The notes: generated by a model not told the origin, from the letters alone. Shown: positions 39,024 to 49,977, numbered from the stretch's first letter. The stretch is 64,000 nucleotides of DNA from an uncultured Desulfobacter sp. (GCA_963665095.1 OY762069.1:6496001-6560000), one strand, 5' to 3'. Numbers and translations are program-made.

Positions 39024-39923
39024 TTAAACCCCCTTTTTTGTAATGTTGTGGGCAGCATTTTTTGTTTTTACAAATACTTTTTCCAGGTCAAAAAGGTCCA
39101 TGGCGCAAATGGTTTTGTCCGGATGGTTTTCTGTCATGTACCGCTGGATCTGACCGGCCCTTGCAAGTTTTTCTTTAAATCTGTCAAATCCCAGCTTAAC
39201 TGGAATATATGTGTCTGTCATGTGTGTCTCTTTATCCGGGTTGCTAATCAAACCTGCATCAGGCGCAGTGTTTAAAATATTAATGAGAAGTCCTGTATTT
39301 TCGTCTCCAAAAATGCCGTGTATCTGCCCGATACTTTTAATCTTTAAAAGATCGAGGACCGCATTGAACAGATCCCCCTCAAACAGGTACGTGTTGTTGG
39401 AAAGGCTTAAATCCACTCCCGAGATGACAGGAAGTGTGTCTAACTGATCCTTGGCTGGTTCATATTCCTTGAAAGGCGCGCCCTGGGTATTGATGACAAT
39501 ATCGGTCAGGTTTTCAATGGAGACAATGGCCAACGGTTTTTGCTCCTGTATGGAGATGGCGACAGTGGACAAAAGGCGCCGTTTTACCATGGCCGTCTGT
39601 ACCCAGGGGTGGGCATTGAGCTGTTTTTCCAGTATGTCCGGGCGCAGCTCAAAAATATTGGCAGGCTGGTCAAGACCGGTGAGGGCCAGTACTTCGTTTC
39701 TGTTAACCCGGTCAAGGCCGTCAATCATAATGGTTTTAACATCAAACAGAGGACATTGAAGCACGGCATCATGCATATATATGCAGGAGACACTCATGAC
39801 ACTGACAAAGAGGATTAAAAAAAATTTTCCGAACAGCGCCTTTCTTTTTATGCGCATGAGGGCTTTATCCTGCTTTGTCTCCTCCACTTTATACCTGTTG
39901 GGCGTGATTTTTTTAGTTGCCAA
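39024..39923 (-). CDS. ftsQ: Cell division protein FtsQ/DivIB
   Basis: Single TM plus POTRA-like region (HPWVQTA.V.R); position before ftsA. Confidence 0.85.
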   Translation of the reverse strand: MATKKITPNRYKVEETKQDKALMRIKRKALFGKFFLILFVSVMSVSCIYMHDAVLQCPLFDVKTIMIDGLDRVNRNEVLALTGLDQPANIFELRPDILEKQLNAHPWVQTAMVKRRLLSTVAISIQEQKPLAIVSIENLTDIVINTQGAPFKEYEPAKDQLDTLPVISGVDLSLSNNTYLFEGDLFNAVLDLLKIKSIGQIHGIFGDENTGLLINILNTAPDAGLISNPDKETHMTDTYIPVKLGFDRFKEKLARAGQIQRYMTENHPDKTICAMDLFDLEKVFVKTKNAAHNITKKGV

Positions 39924-40851
39924 TGGTTTTCACCTCATCTTGAAGGTTAATGCCAAATTTTTTATGAACGCCCTGCCTGACCTGCTCTGCCAGGCTGACG
40001 ATATCGCTTGCACAGGCCCTGTCCTGGTTGACAATGAAGTTGGCGTGCAGATCAGATACCATGGCCCCGTTGCACCGAATTCCCTTGAGCCCGGCCTGCT
40101 CAATGAGCCAGCCAGCGGATTTGAATCCCGGCGGGTTTTTGAAAAAACAGCCGGCTGAAGCCTGGGACACCGGCTGGGTGGTCTGTTTTGTTTTAAGATT
40201 GCTGAAATATGCTGTTTTCACCATGTCTGGATCTGCCTGCACAAGCTCAAGGATCGCCTTGAGAATGATGCACTTGTCAAGTTTCAACGCCCTGTATGAA
40301 AACGCCAGATCTTCCCTTTTAAGGCGCGCTGTTTTAAGGCTGGTCAGATCCAGGATCTCAATCTCTTTGACAATGCTGCCCATATCGCTGCCATGGGCCC
40401 CTGCGTTCATAATTACGGCGCCTCCTAAGGTGCCGGGGATACCGGCGGCCCACTCCAGTCCGGAAAGGCCCTGGTCTGCGGCATTGCGGCAAAGGGTGGA
40501 AAGACGGGCTCCGGCCAAGGCTGTCAGCCTGATCCGGGTTTTACCCTCTTCAGGAGTATCCGTGGGCAGGATATTCTGCTCAGTTTCCTGCTTCAGCCGG
40601 GTCAGAATGATCACCAGTCCCCGGATGCCTTTGTCCGTCACCAGAACATTGGTGCCTCCCCCAAGGATGGTAACCGGAAGACGGGCTGTGTGAGCAGTTT
40701 TTACCAGCATGATCACCTCTTCCACGGTCTGGGGCAATGCCAGGTAATCTGCAGGGCCCCCCACCCTGAAACTGGTATACCGGTCCATGGCCTTTTGCGC
40801 CTCCAGAGCAAAGGGTAAAAACATCTGCAGAATGTCTGGTTTCCGGGCCAT
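39913..40851 (-). CDS. murB: UDP-N-acetylenolpyruvoylglucosamine reductase
   Basis: TSFRVGGPA, GGGTN, GIPGTLGGAVIMNAGA, SAGCFFKNP, HANF. Confidence 0.96.
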   Translation of the reverse strand: MARKPDILQMFLPFALEAQKAMDRYTSFRVGGPADYLALPQTVEEVIMLVKTAHTARLPVTILGGGTNVLVTDKGIRGLVIILTRLKQETEQNILPTDTPEEGKTRIRLTALAGARLSTLCRNAADQGLSGLEWAAGIPGTLGGAVIMNAGAHGSDMGSIVKEIEILDLTSLKTARLKREDLAFSYRALKLDKCIILKAILELVQADPDMVKTAYFSNLKTKQTTQPVSQASAGCFFKNPPGFKSAGWLIEQAGLKGIRCNGAMVSDLHANFIVNQDRACASDIVSLAEQVRQGVHKKFGINLQDEVKTIGN

Positions 40852-40854
40852 GAC

Positions 40855-42222
40855 CTATAGGATCTCCACCAGTTTTTCTCCAAGGGTATATACATCGCCG
40901 GCACCTAAGGTCAGCACCATGTCTCCGGGTCTGGCCTTGTGGGTAACCATGGACAGGGCTTGCGTGAAATCAGGAGCAAAGCTTGCCTCTTTGTGCCCGT
41001 GGGCCTTAATCCCTTCAAGCAGCTGTTCCGAGTCCACACCCGGGATGGGGGCTTCGGATGCCGGATAAATGGGCAGGACCACCAGAATGTCGGACTGGTA
41101 AAATGCCCGGGTAAATTCCTGGAACAACCCCTGGGTGCGCGTGTATCTATGGGGCTGAAACACCACAAGCAGCCGTTTGTCCGGATAGCTCTCCTTGACT
41201 GCCGTCAGGGTTGCCATGATCTCTGTGGGGTGGTGACCGTAATCATCCATCACTGTGATGCCTTTGGCTTCCCCTTTGATTTCCAGACGCCGTTTCACCC
41301 CTTTGATCTCCTCCAGGGCTTTTTTAATGATGTTAAAGGGAATATTCAACTCCAGCCCCGTGGCAATGCCGGCCATGGCATTGAGGATGTTATGCTGGCC
41401 TCCGATGTTCAACAGGATGGAGCCAAGATTCTGCTCCCCTTTGAAAACAGAAAAAAGGGACTTTCCGTTTTCAAACCGGATATCCCGGGCCTGGAGTCCG
41501 GACTGGGCCGTCAGCCCGTAGGTCATGGTCCGCACCGTGATCCTGGGCAGGATATCCTGGATATGGGGATTATCCAGGCAGAGGATGGCCAGCCCGTAAA
41601 AGGGCACGGAATTGATAAAGGCAACGAATTTATCTTTTATGTCATCAATGTCTTTGTAGAAATCCAGATGTTCCAGGTCAATATTGGTGACTGCGGCAAT
41701 GGCCGGGGCATATTTGAGGAATGATCCGTCACTTTCGTCGGCCTCAGCAACGATGAACTCCCCGGAGCCGTGCAGGGCATTGGTATCCAGTCCCTGGAGC
41801 AGTCCGCCAATGATCACAGTGGGGTCCAGGCCGGCGGTGTTGAGAATCTGGGAGATCATGGCTGTGGTGGAGGTTTTGCCATGGGCACCTGCCACAGCAA
41901 TGGCGTATTTGATGCGCATCAGCTCTGCCAGCATCTCGGCTCTGGGGATAATGGGGCAGCCAAGTTCCCTTGCCTTTACCACTTCAGGGTTCTGGGGAGC
42001 AATGGCAGAGGAGGTGACCACCACATTGACATCCTTGATGTTTTCCTTGGCATGGCCTTTGTAAATCACCGCCCCCTTGGTTTTCAGCCGGTCCGTGATA
42101 TGGGACAGCTTCAGGTCTGATCCGGACACGGTATAGCCAAGGGTTAAAAGCAGTTCGGCAATACCGCTCATGCCGATGCCGCCGATGCCTACAAAGTGGA
42201 TGTGATAATCATGCTGGTACAT
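40855..42222 (-). CDS. murC: UDP-N-acetylmuramate-L-alanine ligase
   Basis: GIGGIGMSG, GAHGKTSTT, EADESD, DDYGHHPTE, FQPHRYTRT. Start set at ATG 42222. Confidence 0.97.
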   Translation of the reverse strand: MYQHDYHIHFVGIGGIGMSGIAELLLTLGYTVSGSDLKLSHITDRLKTKGAVIYKGHAKENIKDVNVVVTSSAIAPQNPEVVKARELGCPIIPRAEMLAELMRIKYAIAVAGAHGKTSTTAMISQILNTAGLDPTVIIGGLLQGLDTNALHGSGEFIVAEADESDGSFLKYAPAIAAVTNIDLEHLDFYKDIDDIKDKFVAFINSVPFYGLAILCLDNPHIQDILPRITVRTMTYGLTAQSGLQARDIRFENGKSLFSVFKGEQNLGSILLNIGGQHNILNAMAGIATGLELNIPFNIIKKALEEIKGVKRRLEIKGEAKGITVMDDYGHHPTEIMATLTAVKESYPDKRLLVVFQPHRYTRTQGLFQEFTRAFYQSDILVVLPIYPASEAPIPGVDSEQLLEGIKAHGHKEASFAPDFTQALSMVTHKARPGDMVLTLGAGDVYTLGEKLVEIL

Positions 42223-43348
42223 GGTCTTCCTTTTCGAATGGTTTTTCCCCAAGAATGCAGCCGGCAATGAGATCTGCGCCGCGGGGCAGGGCAAGACGCC
42301 TCAAAACCTCTGCCATGGCTGAACATTTATCAGGATTGTTTCTTAGATCCTGGATGGTTTTGTACAAACCGGATCCGGTCAGCTCCCTGTCATGGATCAA
42401 AACAGCCCCCCCCTGTTCGGAAAGATGTCTGGCATTGGCGGTCTGGTGGTCATCAGCCGCATGGGGAAAGGGAATCAGGATGCAGGGTTTGGCCTTGATG
42501 CACAGTTCCGAAACCGTTCCCGCACCTGCCCGGCTGATCACCAGATCTGCCCGGTCCTGGATATCAGGCATGTCATAGAAAAAGGCGGCGGCTTTATGGC
42601 GGATGCCTGACCTGGCGTAAAATTGTGCTGTTTCTGCTTCATCGGCTTTACCAGTCTGATGGACGACAAATAAACGGTCTGTATCTGTTAATAGATCCAT
42701 GGCTTCAGTGAATGCTTTATTAATGGATGCCGCCCCCTGGCTGCCGCCAGTGACCAGAATCAGGAAATCATCGTCCTTGACCTGGTCCAGAACTGATTCC
42801 GTATTGTTCTGTGCCTGATTCACATTTTTGCCCAAAGGCCTGCGTGCAGGATTTCCAACAAGATAGGTAGCGGCGCCTTCCGGCATGCCTTTTGTCTTGG
42901 CAAAGGTAATAAACCGGGTATGGGCAATTTTTGACAGCATGCGGTTGGTCATGCCGGGAACCGCATTTTGTTCATGGATGGCGGTTTCCCTGAAAAGAAT
43001 CCGGCCTGCCAGCACCAGGGCAAAGGAGGAAAATCCGCCGACACCCAGAATAAAGTTGGCCCTGAAAACAATGATGATCCCCAATGCCTGGAGCAGGCTG
43101 ATGCCGACAAGGGCTGCGGACCAGGCCTTTGCAAGAATATTTTTTCCCTTGATCGGCTTTGAGACAATAGTCTTGTGGTTGAATCCGTATCTACAAAGGG
43201 TTTCCGTCTCAAAGGGGGCATCAGTGCCCACAAACAGGATTTGGGTGGAGGGATCTTTTTCCATCAAAGCCTGGGCCACGGCAATGCCGGGGAACAGATG
43301 TCCCCCTGTTTTTCCGCCGGCAATAATGACGCGCTTATTTTTCCGCAT
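42209..43348 (-). CDS. murG: Undecaprenyl-PP-MurNAc-pentapeptide GlcNAc transferase
   Basis: GGKTGGH, HEQN, GGSQGA, RAGA, DHQTANA. Confidence 0.96.
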   Translation of the reverse strand: MRKNKRVIIAGGKTGGHLFPGIAVAQALMEKDPSTQILFVGTDAPFETETLCRYGFNHKTIVSKPIKGKNILAKAWSAALVGISLLQALGIIIVFRANFILGVGGFSSFALVLAGRILFRETAIHEQNAVPGMTNRMLSKIAHTRFITFAKTKGMPEGAATYLVGNPARRPLGKNVNQAQNNTESVLDQVKDDDFLILVTGGSQGAASINKAFTEAMDLLTDTDRLFVVHQTGKADEAETAQFYARSGIRHKAAAFFYDMPDIQDRADLVISRAGAGTVSELCIKAKPCILIPFPHAADDHQTANARHLSEQGGAVLIHDRELTGSGLYKTIQDLRNNPDKCSAMAEVLRRLALPRGADLIAGCILGEKPFEKEDHVPA

Positions 43349-44483
43349 GGTGTGCCGACGCTCCTATATTCATTAAAATGCCCATGGCTGCCATATTGAT
43401 GATCAAAGAGGTGCCGCCGTATGAGATAAAGGGCAGGGTGAGCCCTTTGGTGGGAAGCACCCCTAAGGTAACCCCTGTGTTGATGATTACCTGAAATCCT
43501 AAGTACAGGGTCAGCCCGGACGCTGCCACGGCCCCGAAAAAGGTGTCTGCCTGCCGGGCAATGCGGGTGCCGGTGTAAAGGATGACGCCGTACAGCGCAA
43601 GGATGACAAAAACGCCGATCAGGCCAAGCTCCTCTCCGATGATGGAGAAGATGAAATCTGTGTGGGGTTCGGGCAAAAAGTGCATTTTCTGCATGGAGAG
43701 CCCGATACCCCTGCCGAACAGTCCGCCGGACCCAAAGGCCTTCAGTGAGTTGGTCAGCTGGAACCCTTTGCCCAGAGGATCATCCCAGGGGTGCAGAAAT
43801 CCGATGATGCGCTCAAGGCGGTAATTCACCTTGAACACCAGAAAGTAGGCCACAACGGGAATAATAACCGGTAACGGACTGATCAGATACAGCAGGGGAA
43901 CGCCTGCGGTAAACATCATGCCCCAGCACAGCATGCCTAAGACCACAAGCGTGCCAAAGTCCGGCTGCATAAGAATGAGCACGCCCATGAGTCCATATAC
44001 CATCACATGGGGAATAAACCCGATGGAGAAATCCCGGATATGTCCCAGCTCCTCTTTTTTGGAAAGGGAATAGGCCATGAACAGAATCATGGCCAGCTTG
44101 GCAAATTCCGCCGGCTGGAAGGCAAACAGGCCGAAGTCAAGCCAGCGCCGGGCATTGTTGGCCTTCACCCCCAGGGCCGGGAAGAGAACGGCAATCAAAA
44201 GGCCAAAGGCGGCAAACAGGATGATATAGGCCACGCTCTTGTAAAGCTTGTAAGGGAAAGAGGCGGTGACATACATAATGCAAAGGCTGAGGCAGAAAAA
44301 TATAGCCTGACGTTTAAAGTAGTAGAACAGGCTGTTGTGTTCGTCCAGACTGATGGCACAGGAGGAGGAGTAAACCATGACAAGGCCGATGCCGGCAAGG
44401 ATCAGCACTGGAAACAGGATTGATTTTTCCCTGAAAAAGGGGTGAAGGGCGCCTGGCCTGTATTCCCGGACAGAATCAGCCAT
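43335..44483 (-). CDS. ftsW: SEDS peptidoglycan polymerase FtsW
   Basis: RRW, FQPAEFAK, QPDFG, PEPHTDFIF, PTKGLTLPFISYGG. Start set at ATG 44483. Confidence 0.96.
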   Translation of the reverse strand: MADSVREYRPGALHPFFREKSILFPVLILAGIGLVMVYSSSCAISLDEHNSLFYYFKRQAIFFCLSLCIMYVTASFPYKLYKSVAYIILFAAFGLLIAVLFPALGVKANNARRWLDFGLFAFQPAEFAKLAMILFMAYSLSKKEELGHIRDFSIGFIPHVMVYGLMGVLILMQPDFGTLVVLGMLCWGMMFTAGVPLLYLISPLPVIIPVVAYFLVFKVNYRLERIIGFLHPWDDPLGKGFQLTNSLKAFGSGGLFGRGIGLSMQKMHFLPEPHTDFIFSIIGEELGLIGVFVILALYGVILYTGTRIARQADTFFGAVAASGLTLYLGFQVIINTGVTLGVLPTKGLTLPFISYGGTSLIINMAAMGILMNIGASAHHAEK

Positions 44484-45870
44484 GGCAGACCTCCTGTCCG
44501 GGTATGACCGGTTCCCTTTGTCCGGATTCCAGGGCATTGACAATGCGGGCAAAATCTTTTCCCCGTTCCCCGTAACTGGCATAGAGATCAAAGCTGGCAC
44601 AGGCCGGAGAGAGCAGCACCACATCTTTATCCCTGGCCAGCGCCCGGGCCGTGGCAACGGCACAGGCCATGTCCGGGCAGGAATGGCAGGGGCAGAGGCG
44701 GTCAAAGGTTGCCATGATATGATCGCAGGCCTCTCCCATGGCAATGACGGCTTTGACCCGGGTTTTGACAAGGGGGATCAGAGGCGCGAAATCAAGGCCC
44801 TTTTCCCGGCCGCCCAGAATAAGGATAATACCGGATTTAAAGGATTCCAGGGCGCGAAGTACTGCATCCACATTGGTGGCCTTTGAATCATTGTAAAACC
44901 GGATGCCGTCAAGTTCCCTGACAAAGGCCATACGGTGGTCGGACAGGGAAAACCGGGCCAGTGCATCTTGAATGCCTGCCATATTGGCACCGGCACCTAG
45001 TGCAGCCAGGGCCGCGGCGGCCATGTTTTCACGGTTATGGGCGCCGGGCAGACGGGTCAGTCCTGTCGTTTCAATGGTCCCGCTGGTTTCTTCGGTGTGA
45101 ATGGTGATACGGGCTTCCTCCACCCCGGCGCCCAGGGGTACCGGCCCGGCCGATGAAAAAAACAGAACCGTGGCTGCCAGGTCTTTAGTCCGGGCTTGGA
45201 AATCAGGTATCCGGGTGTTGACTATGGCGGTATCCTGCCGGGTTATCCGGCTGAACAAAGACCATTTTGAATCGGTATAGGCGTTGAAATCCGGGTACCG
45301 GTCCAGGTGATCTTCGGCCACGTTGAGCAGCACCCCGACATCGGGCCGGAAGGTGCGCGCAAGATCCAGCTGAAAGGATGAAATTTCCGCCACCACCACA
45401 TCCTTTTGGGCTTCCTGCATCAGATACTCCACCAGCGGCGTGCCGATGTTGCCACCCACAAAACAGGAAAGCCCGCAGGATTCAAGCATGGCTGCAGTCA
45501 GTTCCGTGGTCGTGGTTTTCCCGTTTGTCCCGGTGATGGCCACCACGGGTGTGGTATTGTACTGGGAGAAGATATCCAGCTCTCCCACAACGGGCACCCC
45601 TTTTTCCATGGCATTTCTGATATACGGCATGGTCAGAGGAATGCCCGGGCTTGGGATAATGGCTGCGGCACGATCAAACATCTGCTGGTCATGGCGGCCG
45701 ATGACAACAGGGATGCCAAGGGCCTCAAGGGCTCTTGCTTCATCCGTTCTGGCAGGATCAATATCGGTGGCTGCCACGGCGCGGCCGCAGGACTTAAGGA
45801 ACCGGGCCATGGAGACCCCGCAGGCCCCTAAGCCGACAACCAGTTCATATGTTGAAGAAATTTCTGCCAT
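44476..45870 (-). CDS. murD: UDP-MurNAc-L-Ala-D-glutamate ligase
   Basis: SPGI, ITGTNGKTT, EISSFQL, DHLDRY, NDSKATN, SPACASFD. Confidence 0.97.
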   Translation of the reverse strand: MAEISSTYELVVGLGACGVSMARFLKSCGRAVAATDIDPARTDEARALEALGIPVVIGRHDQQMFDRAAAIIPSPGIPLTMPYIRNAMEKGVPVVGELDIFSQYNTTPVVAITGTNGKTTTTELTAAMLESCGLSCFVGGNIGTPLVEYLMQEAQKDVVVAEISSFQLDLARTFRPDVGVLLNVAEDHLDRYPDFNAYTDSKWSLFSRITRQDTAIVNTRIPDFQARTKDLAATVLFFSSAGPVPLGAGVEEARITIHTEETSGTIETTGLTRLPGAHNRENMAAAALAALGAGANMAGIQDALARFSLSDHRMAFVRELDGIRFYNDSKATNVDAVLRALESFKSGIILILGGREKGLDFAPLIPLVKTRVKAVIAMGEACDHIMATFDRLCPCHSCPDMACAVATARALARDKDVVLLSPACASFDLYASYGERGKDFARIVNALESGQREPVIPGQEVCHG

Positions 45871-45871
45871 A

Positions 45872-46951
45872 TTACCTTATCTTGAGCGTACTTAAAGCCA
45901 GTGCCGCAAGGGTCACTGAGATAATCCAGAACCGGACAATAACCTTGGATTCCGGCCAGCCTTTTAATTCAAAATGGTGGTGTAAAGGAGCCATGCGGAA
46001 AATTCGTTTCCCATGGGTGAGTTTAAAATATGAGACCTGCAGGATGACGGATACCGCTTCCATGACAAAAAGTCCGCCCACCAGCACCAGCATCACCTCC
46101 TGTTTGGTTGCCACGGCAATGGTGCCTAAAATGGCGCCCAGGGGAATTGATCCGGTATCTCCCATGAAAATCTGGGCCGGGTGTGCATTGAACCATAAAA
46201 AGCCCATGCCGGCACCTGCCAGTATCCCGCAGATGACGCAGACCTCACCGGCAGCCTGAATGTGGCGGACATGCAGGTACTGGGCAAACTGGGTGTGGCC
46301 GGCCACATAGGCAAACAGCATATAGGTGACCGACGCCACGATATAGGGGCCAATGGCCAGACCATCCAGTCCGTCAGTGAGATTGACCGCATTGGAGGTG
46401 CCCACAATAACCAGGCAGGCAAAGGGGATGTATAGCCATCCCAGGTTCAGGGTAAAATTTTTAAAAAACGGAAAGGTGAGTACCGCATTGAAATCCGGGC
46501 TCCGGTATATCAGGTAGGAGACAATCAGACCGGCAAGTATCTGGCACAGGAACTTGGCCCGGGCTGTGAATCCCATGTTCCTTTTTTTCAGCAGAGACAT
46601 ATAGTCGTCAACAAAACCAATGGCGCCGAAGAGCAGGGTGACCAGCAGCAGAATGCCCACATAGTGGTTGGACAGATTGCCCCACAAAAGCGCGGAAAGA
46701 AAAAAGGCAAACAGAATGAGCACACCACCCATGGTGGGGGTTCCCTGTTTGCTTAAATGGCTCTTCGGGCCGTCGGTCTGGATGATCTGGCCAAAATGCA
46801 TGAGCTGCAGTTTCCGGATAACAAACGGACCTAAAATAAAGCAGACGGCAAAGGCGGTGAGTCCTCCGTAAATGGTGCGGAAGGTGATATACCGGAAAAT
46901 ATTGAACAGGGTAAAATGTTCATGTAACGGGTATAAAAAGTGATAAAACAT
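45872..46951 (-). CDS. mraY: Phospho-MurNAc-pentapeptide transferase
   Basis: GTPTMGG, NAVNLTDGLDGL, FMGDTGS, MAPLHHHFE. Confidence 0.98.
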   Translation of the reverse strand: MFYHFLYPLHEHFTLFNIFRYITFRTIYGGLTAFAVCFILGPFVIRKLQLMHFGQIIQTDGPKSHLSKQGTPTMGGVLILFAFFLSALLWGNLSNHYVGILLLVTLLFGAIGFVDDYMSLLKKRNMGFTARAKFLCQILAGLIVSYLIYRSPDFNAVLTFPFFKNFTLNLGWLYIPFACLVIVGTSNAVNLTDGLDGLAIGPYIVASVTYMLFAYVAGHTQFAQYLHVRHIQAAGEVCVICGILAGAGMGFLWFNAHPAQIFMGDTGSIPLGAILGTIAVATKQEVMLVLVGGLFVMEAVSVILQVSYFKLTHGKRIFRMAPLHHHFELKGWPESKVIVRFWIISVTLAALALSTLKIR

Positions 46952-46956
46952 GTGCG

Positions 46957-49900
46957 CTAATCCGCTTTCTTTACAGGTATTTGTTCAATTGTCGGGATCA
47001 GGGTTTCCATGGACATGCCGCGGGACCCTTTGAGTAAAATCCAGTCCTCTTTTTCTGCCATGCCGGCAATGGCAAGGCTTAGCTCTTCTTTGGTGCCCAT
47101 GGTGATCAACGCGTCCGGATACCCCTTTTCCACCGCACCCTGTCTGAGATGGGCCACCCGGGTACCGAACAGCAGCAACCGGGCCGGTGACAGCTCAGCC
47201 ACCAGATGCCCTGTTTCCCGGTGGAATCGCGCCTCTTCCTGTCCAAGTTCCAGCATGTCCCCAAGTATTGCGATACCGCAGCCAGGGCCGGCCAGATGGT
47301 GCAGGACGGTCAGTGCCTGGGCCATGGAGGCGGGGTTGGCATTATAGGTGTCATCAATGAGATGGATGCCATTGGCAAGGTGTTTTAAGTTCATCCTGCC
47401 TTTGACCGGCGTAAAATCAAGAAGGCCCTGTGCAATGCTGCTTCCATTAATGCCGGCGGCCCTGGCCAGGCTTGCCGCGGCTGCCGCATTATATGCCATG
47501 AAGGCGGCCGGGCTGGGCAGGCCGTATGTTGCGGTCTTCCCGTCCATGGTCAGACAGAATTCAAGGCCCTGGTCTGTGGGCACAATATCTGAAAGCGCAA
47601 CATCTGAGTTTTTATCTGTCCCGAAGAATGCGATTTTAGCGGTGTCGGCACTCTTCCTGGCCGCCTCTTCCAGGATGGCACACCGTGGATCATCCCTGAA
47701 AATAATGGCGGTACCGCCCGGTTTAAGGCCCTGGAATATTTCTGCCTTGGCCCGGGCCACGTTTGAAAGAGAACCTAAGCCCTCTATGTGGGACCCCAGT
47801 GTATTGGTGACAATGGCAATATCCGGGCAGGCAATGGCAGTGAGTCGTGCAATCTCTTTCGGCCGGTTCATTCCCATTTCAACCACTGCCCATTCATGGA
47901 CCGGCGCCAGCCTCAGCAGGGTTAAGGGCAGGCCGATTTCGTTGTTGAGATTTCCCCGGGTGGCCAGGGTATCAAACCGGCGGGAGAATATATTTTCCGC
48001 CATCTGCCGGGTGGTGGTCTTTCCGTTAGACCCGGTGATGGCTGCCACATGGACCCTGGTGCGCATGCGATGATAGCGGGCCAGGGCACCTAAGGCGAAC
48101 AGGGTATCCGGCGTTTCAAAAAAGCAGATTCCCTCTTTGTTAATCCCTGTTTTTCTGTCTGCATCAAGGCCAGCCAGAAAGCCCTTTTTGACCACAAAGG
48201 CTTTAATCCCTTTTTCAGCCAGATCGGATATGAAATTATGGCCGTCAAACCGTTCCCCCTCCAGGGCCACAAATACCTGGTTCGAAGAGATGGTTCTTGA
48301 ATCCGTGCTGATCCCTGCAAACAGGGTTGTCTTGCCTGAAGCTTCAGATAGAGATTCCAAAGAGATTTTCCGGCCCGATGCATTCACCGGGTTTGTTTCC
48401 AGGGCCTTTGACAGATCACTCGTCTGCCAGGGCAAAGGCGTTGCCAACTTATCGCAGGCCAGGGCCAGATGCTCTTTATCATCGAAATGAATGGTGCCCT
48501 GGTTGGTGATCTGGTAAGTTTCATGGCCTTTACCGGCTGCAACGATAATATCCCGGGGTTTTGAAATATTTACGGCCAGGCTAAGGGCTTTGGCGCGGTC
48601 CGTCATCCGGATATAGCCCTTATCTCCAGGTTTTATGGCGGCGGGGTCAAGGGGCTTGAACGCCTGGGCCCTGATCCCGGCAATAATGTCGTCCACAATG
48701 GCGTCCGGATTTTCGGAGCGGGGATTATCCGAGGTGACTATGGCGATATCCGAATATTTGCAAGCGATTATCCCCATGGGACCCCGCTTGGTTTTATCCC
48801 TGTCACCGCCGCAGCCGAACACCGTGATCACCCGGGCCGGGGCCCGGCTGGAAAGGGTTTCAAGGATGGATTCAAGGGCATCCGGGGTGTGGGCATAATC
48901 CACAAAAATATGGCGGTTCAGCGGGGTGGCAAGTTTTTCCAGCCTGCCTGGCACCCGCTCAAGTGCGGCAATGCCTTTGACAATATCGGAAGGCGAGATG
49001 CCTGTACTCAGAGCGGCTCCTGCGGCACACAGAATATTTTCCAGGTTAAACCGCCCGGTGAGAACGGAGGTCATGGCAACCTGCTCTTTGCCAAAGTCCA
49101 GAACGGCACGCAGCCCATGAATGTCATCTTTAATATCCAGGGCGGCAATCTCGGCGGGCTGGCCTGCACTGACCCGAATGGCAGGTATATCAAGGCTGTC
49201 ACACAGTCGTTTGCCGAATTCATTATCAATATTGACCACGGCTTTTTTCGCAGGCTGGTCGTCGGAAGAGGCCAGATGCCGGGTAAACAGGGTCATCTTG
49301 CAGGCAAAGTACGCCTCAAGGTCCTGGTGGTAATCCAGGTGGTCCTGGGTGAGATTGGTAAACACAGCGGTGTTAAATTCGCATTCATCCACCCGGTGCT
49401 GGTCCAGACTGTGGGAGGAGACTTCCATAATCACGTGGGTGACGCCGGCCTGTTTCATGTCGTGCATGGTTTTCTGCAGGCATACGGCGTCCGGGGTGGT
49501 AATGGGATTGTCCAGGGTGGTGCCGGGGTACCGGATATTCACGGTGCCGATCACCCCGCAGGTGATCCCGCAGGATGTAAATATCTGTTCCAGGAGCCAG
49601 GTGATGCTGGTTTTGCCGTTGGTACCGGTTACACCAATGAGCATCAGATCCCGGGACGGATGTCCGAAGAAATTGGCGGCTGTAACAGCCGTGTCTTTCC
49701 GGGTGTCCCCGGAAAGAATCACTTTCTGTTTCTGGGCCGGTGTGATGCCCTGTGGCAGTTTCCGGGCCAGGACGGCTGCCGCCCCTTTGTCAAAAGCCTG
49801 GGCAATGAAATTATGGCCGTCGGCGGCATGGCCGTCCACAGCAATGAACAGGGCATCTTTGGTCACCTGCCTTGAGTCGCAGGTGACATCTGAAATTTCA

Positions 49901-49977
49901 GTGTGACCAAATCCTTTTGCCGCCTGATCCGGTGTGAGTATGGCGCGGGTGCCCGCCAGAACGTCAGTCAGCCACAT
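46957..49977 (-). CDS. murEF: Fused MurE-MurF ligase
   Basis: N-terminal half: TGTNGKT, MEVSSH, DYAHTPD, DNPR (meso-DAP specificity), GKGHE. C-terminal half: TDSR, TGSNGKTT, NNEIGLP, DTYNANP, LKGSRGM. No stop between them. Confidence 0.95.
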   Translation of the reverse strand: MWLTDVLAGTRAILTPDQAAKGFGHTEISDVTCDSRQVTKDALFIAVDGHAADGHNFIAQAFDKGAAAVLARKLPQGITPAQKQKVILSGDTRKDTAVTAANFFGHPSRDLMLIGVTGTNGKTSITWLLEQIFTSCGITCGVIGTVNIRYPGTTLDNPITTPDAVCLQKTMHDMKQAGVTHVIMEVSSHSLDQHRVDECEFNTAVFTNLTQDHLDYHQDLEAYFACKMTLFTRHLASSDDQPAKKAVVNIDNEFGKRLCDSLDIPAIRVSAGQPAEIAALDIKDDIHGLRAVLDFGKEQVAMTSVLTGRFNLENILCAAGAALSTGISPSDIVKGIAALERVPGRLEKLATPLNRHIFVDYAHTPDALESILETLSSRAPARVITVFGCGGDRDKTKRGPMGIIACKYSDIAIVTSDNPRSENPDAIVDDIIAGIRAQAFKPLDPAAIKPGDKGYIRMTDRAKALSLAVNISKPRDIIVAAGKGHETYQITNQGTIHFDDKEHLALACDKLATPLPWQTSDLSKALETNPVNASGRKISLESLSEASGKTTLFAGISTDSRTISSNQVFVALEGERFDGHNFISDLAEKGIKAFVVKKGFLAGLDADRKTGINKEGICFFETPDTLFALGALARYHRMRTRVHVAAITGSNGKTTTRQMAENIFSRRFDTLATRGNLNNEIGLPLTLLRLAPVHEWAVVEMGMNRPKEIARLTAIACPDIAIVTNTLGSHIEGLGSLSNVARAKAEIFQGLKPGGTAIIFRDDPRCAILEEAARKSADTAKIAFFGTDKNSDVALSDIVPTDQGLEFCLTMDGKTATYGLPSPAAFMAYNAAAAASLARAAGINGSSIAQGLLDFTPVKGRMNLKHLANGIHLIDDTYNANPASMAQALTVLHHLAGPGCGIAILGDMLELGQEEARFHRETGHLVAELSPARLLLFGTRVAHLRQGAVEKGYPDALITMGTKEELSLAIAGMAEKEDWILLKGSRGMSMETLIPTIEQIPVKKAD

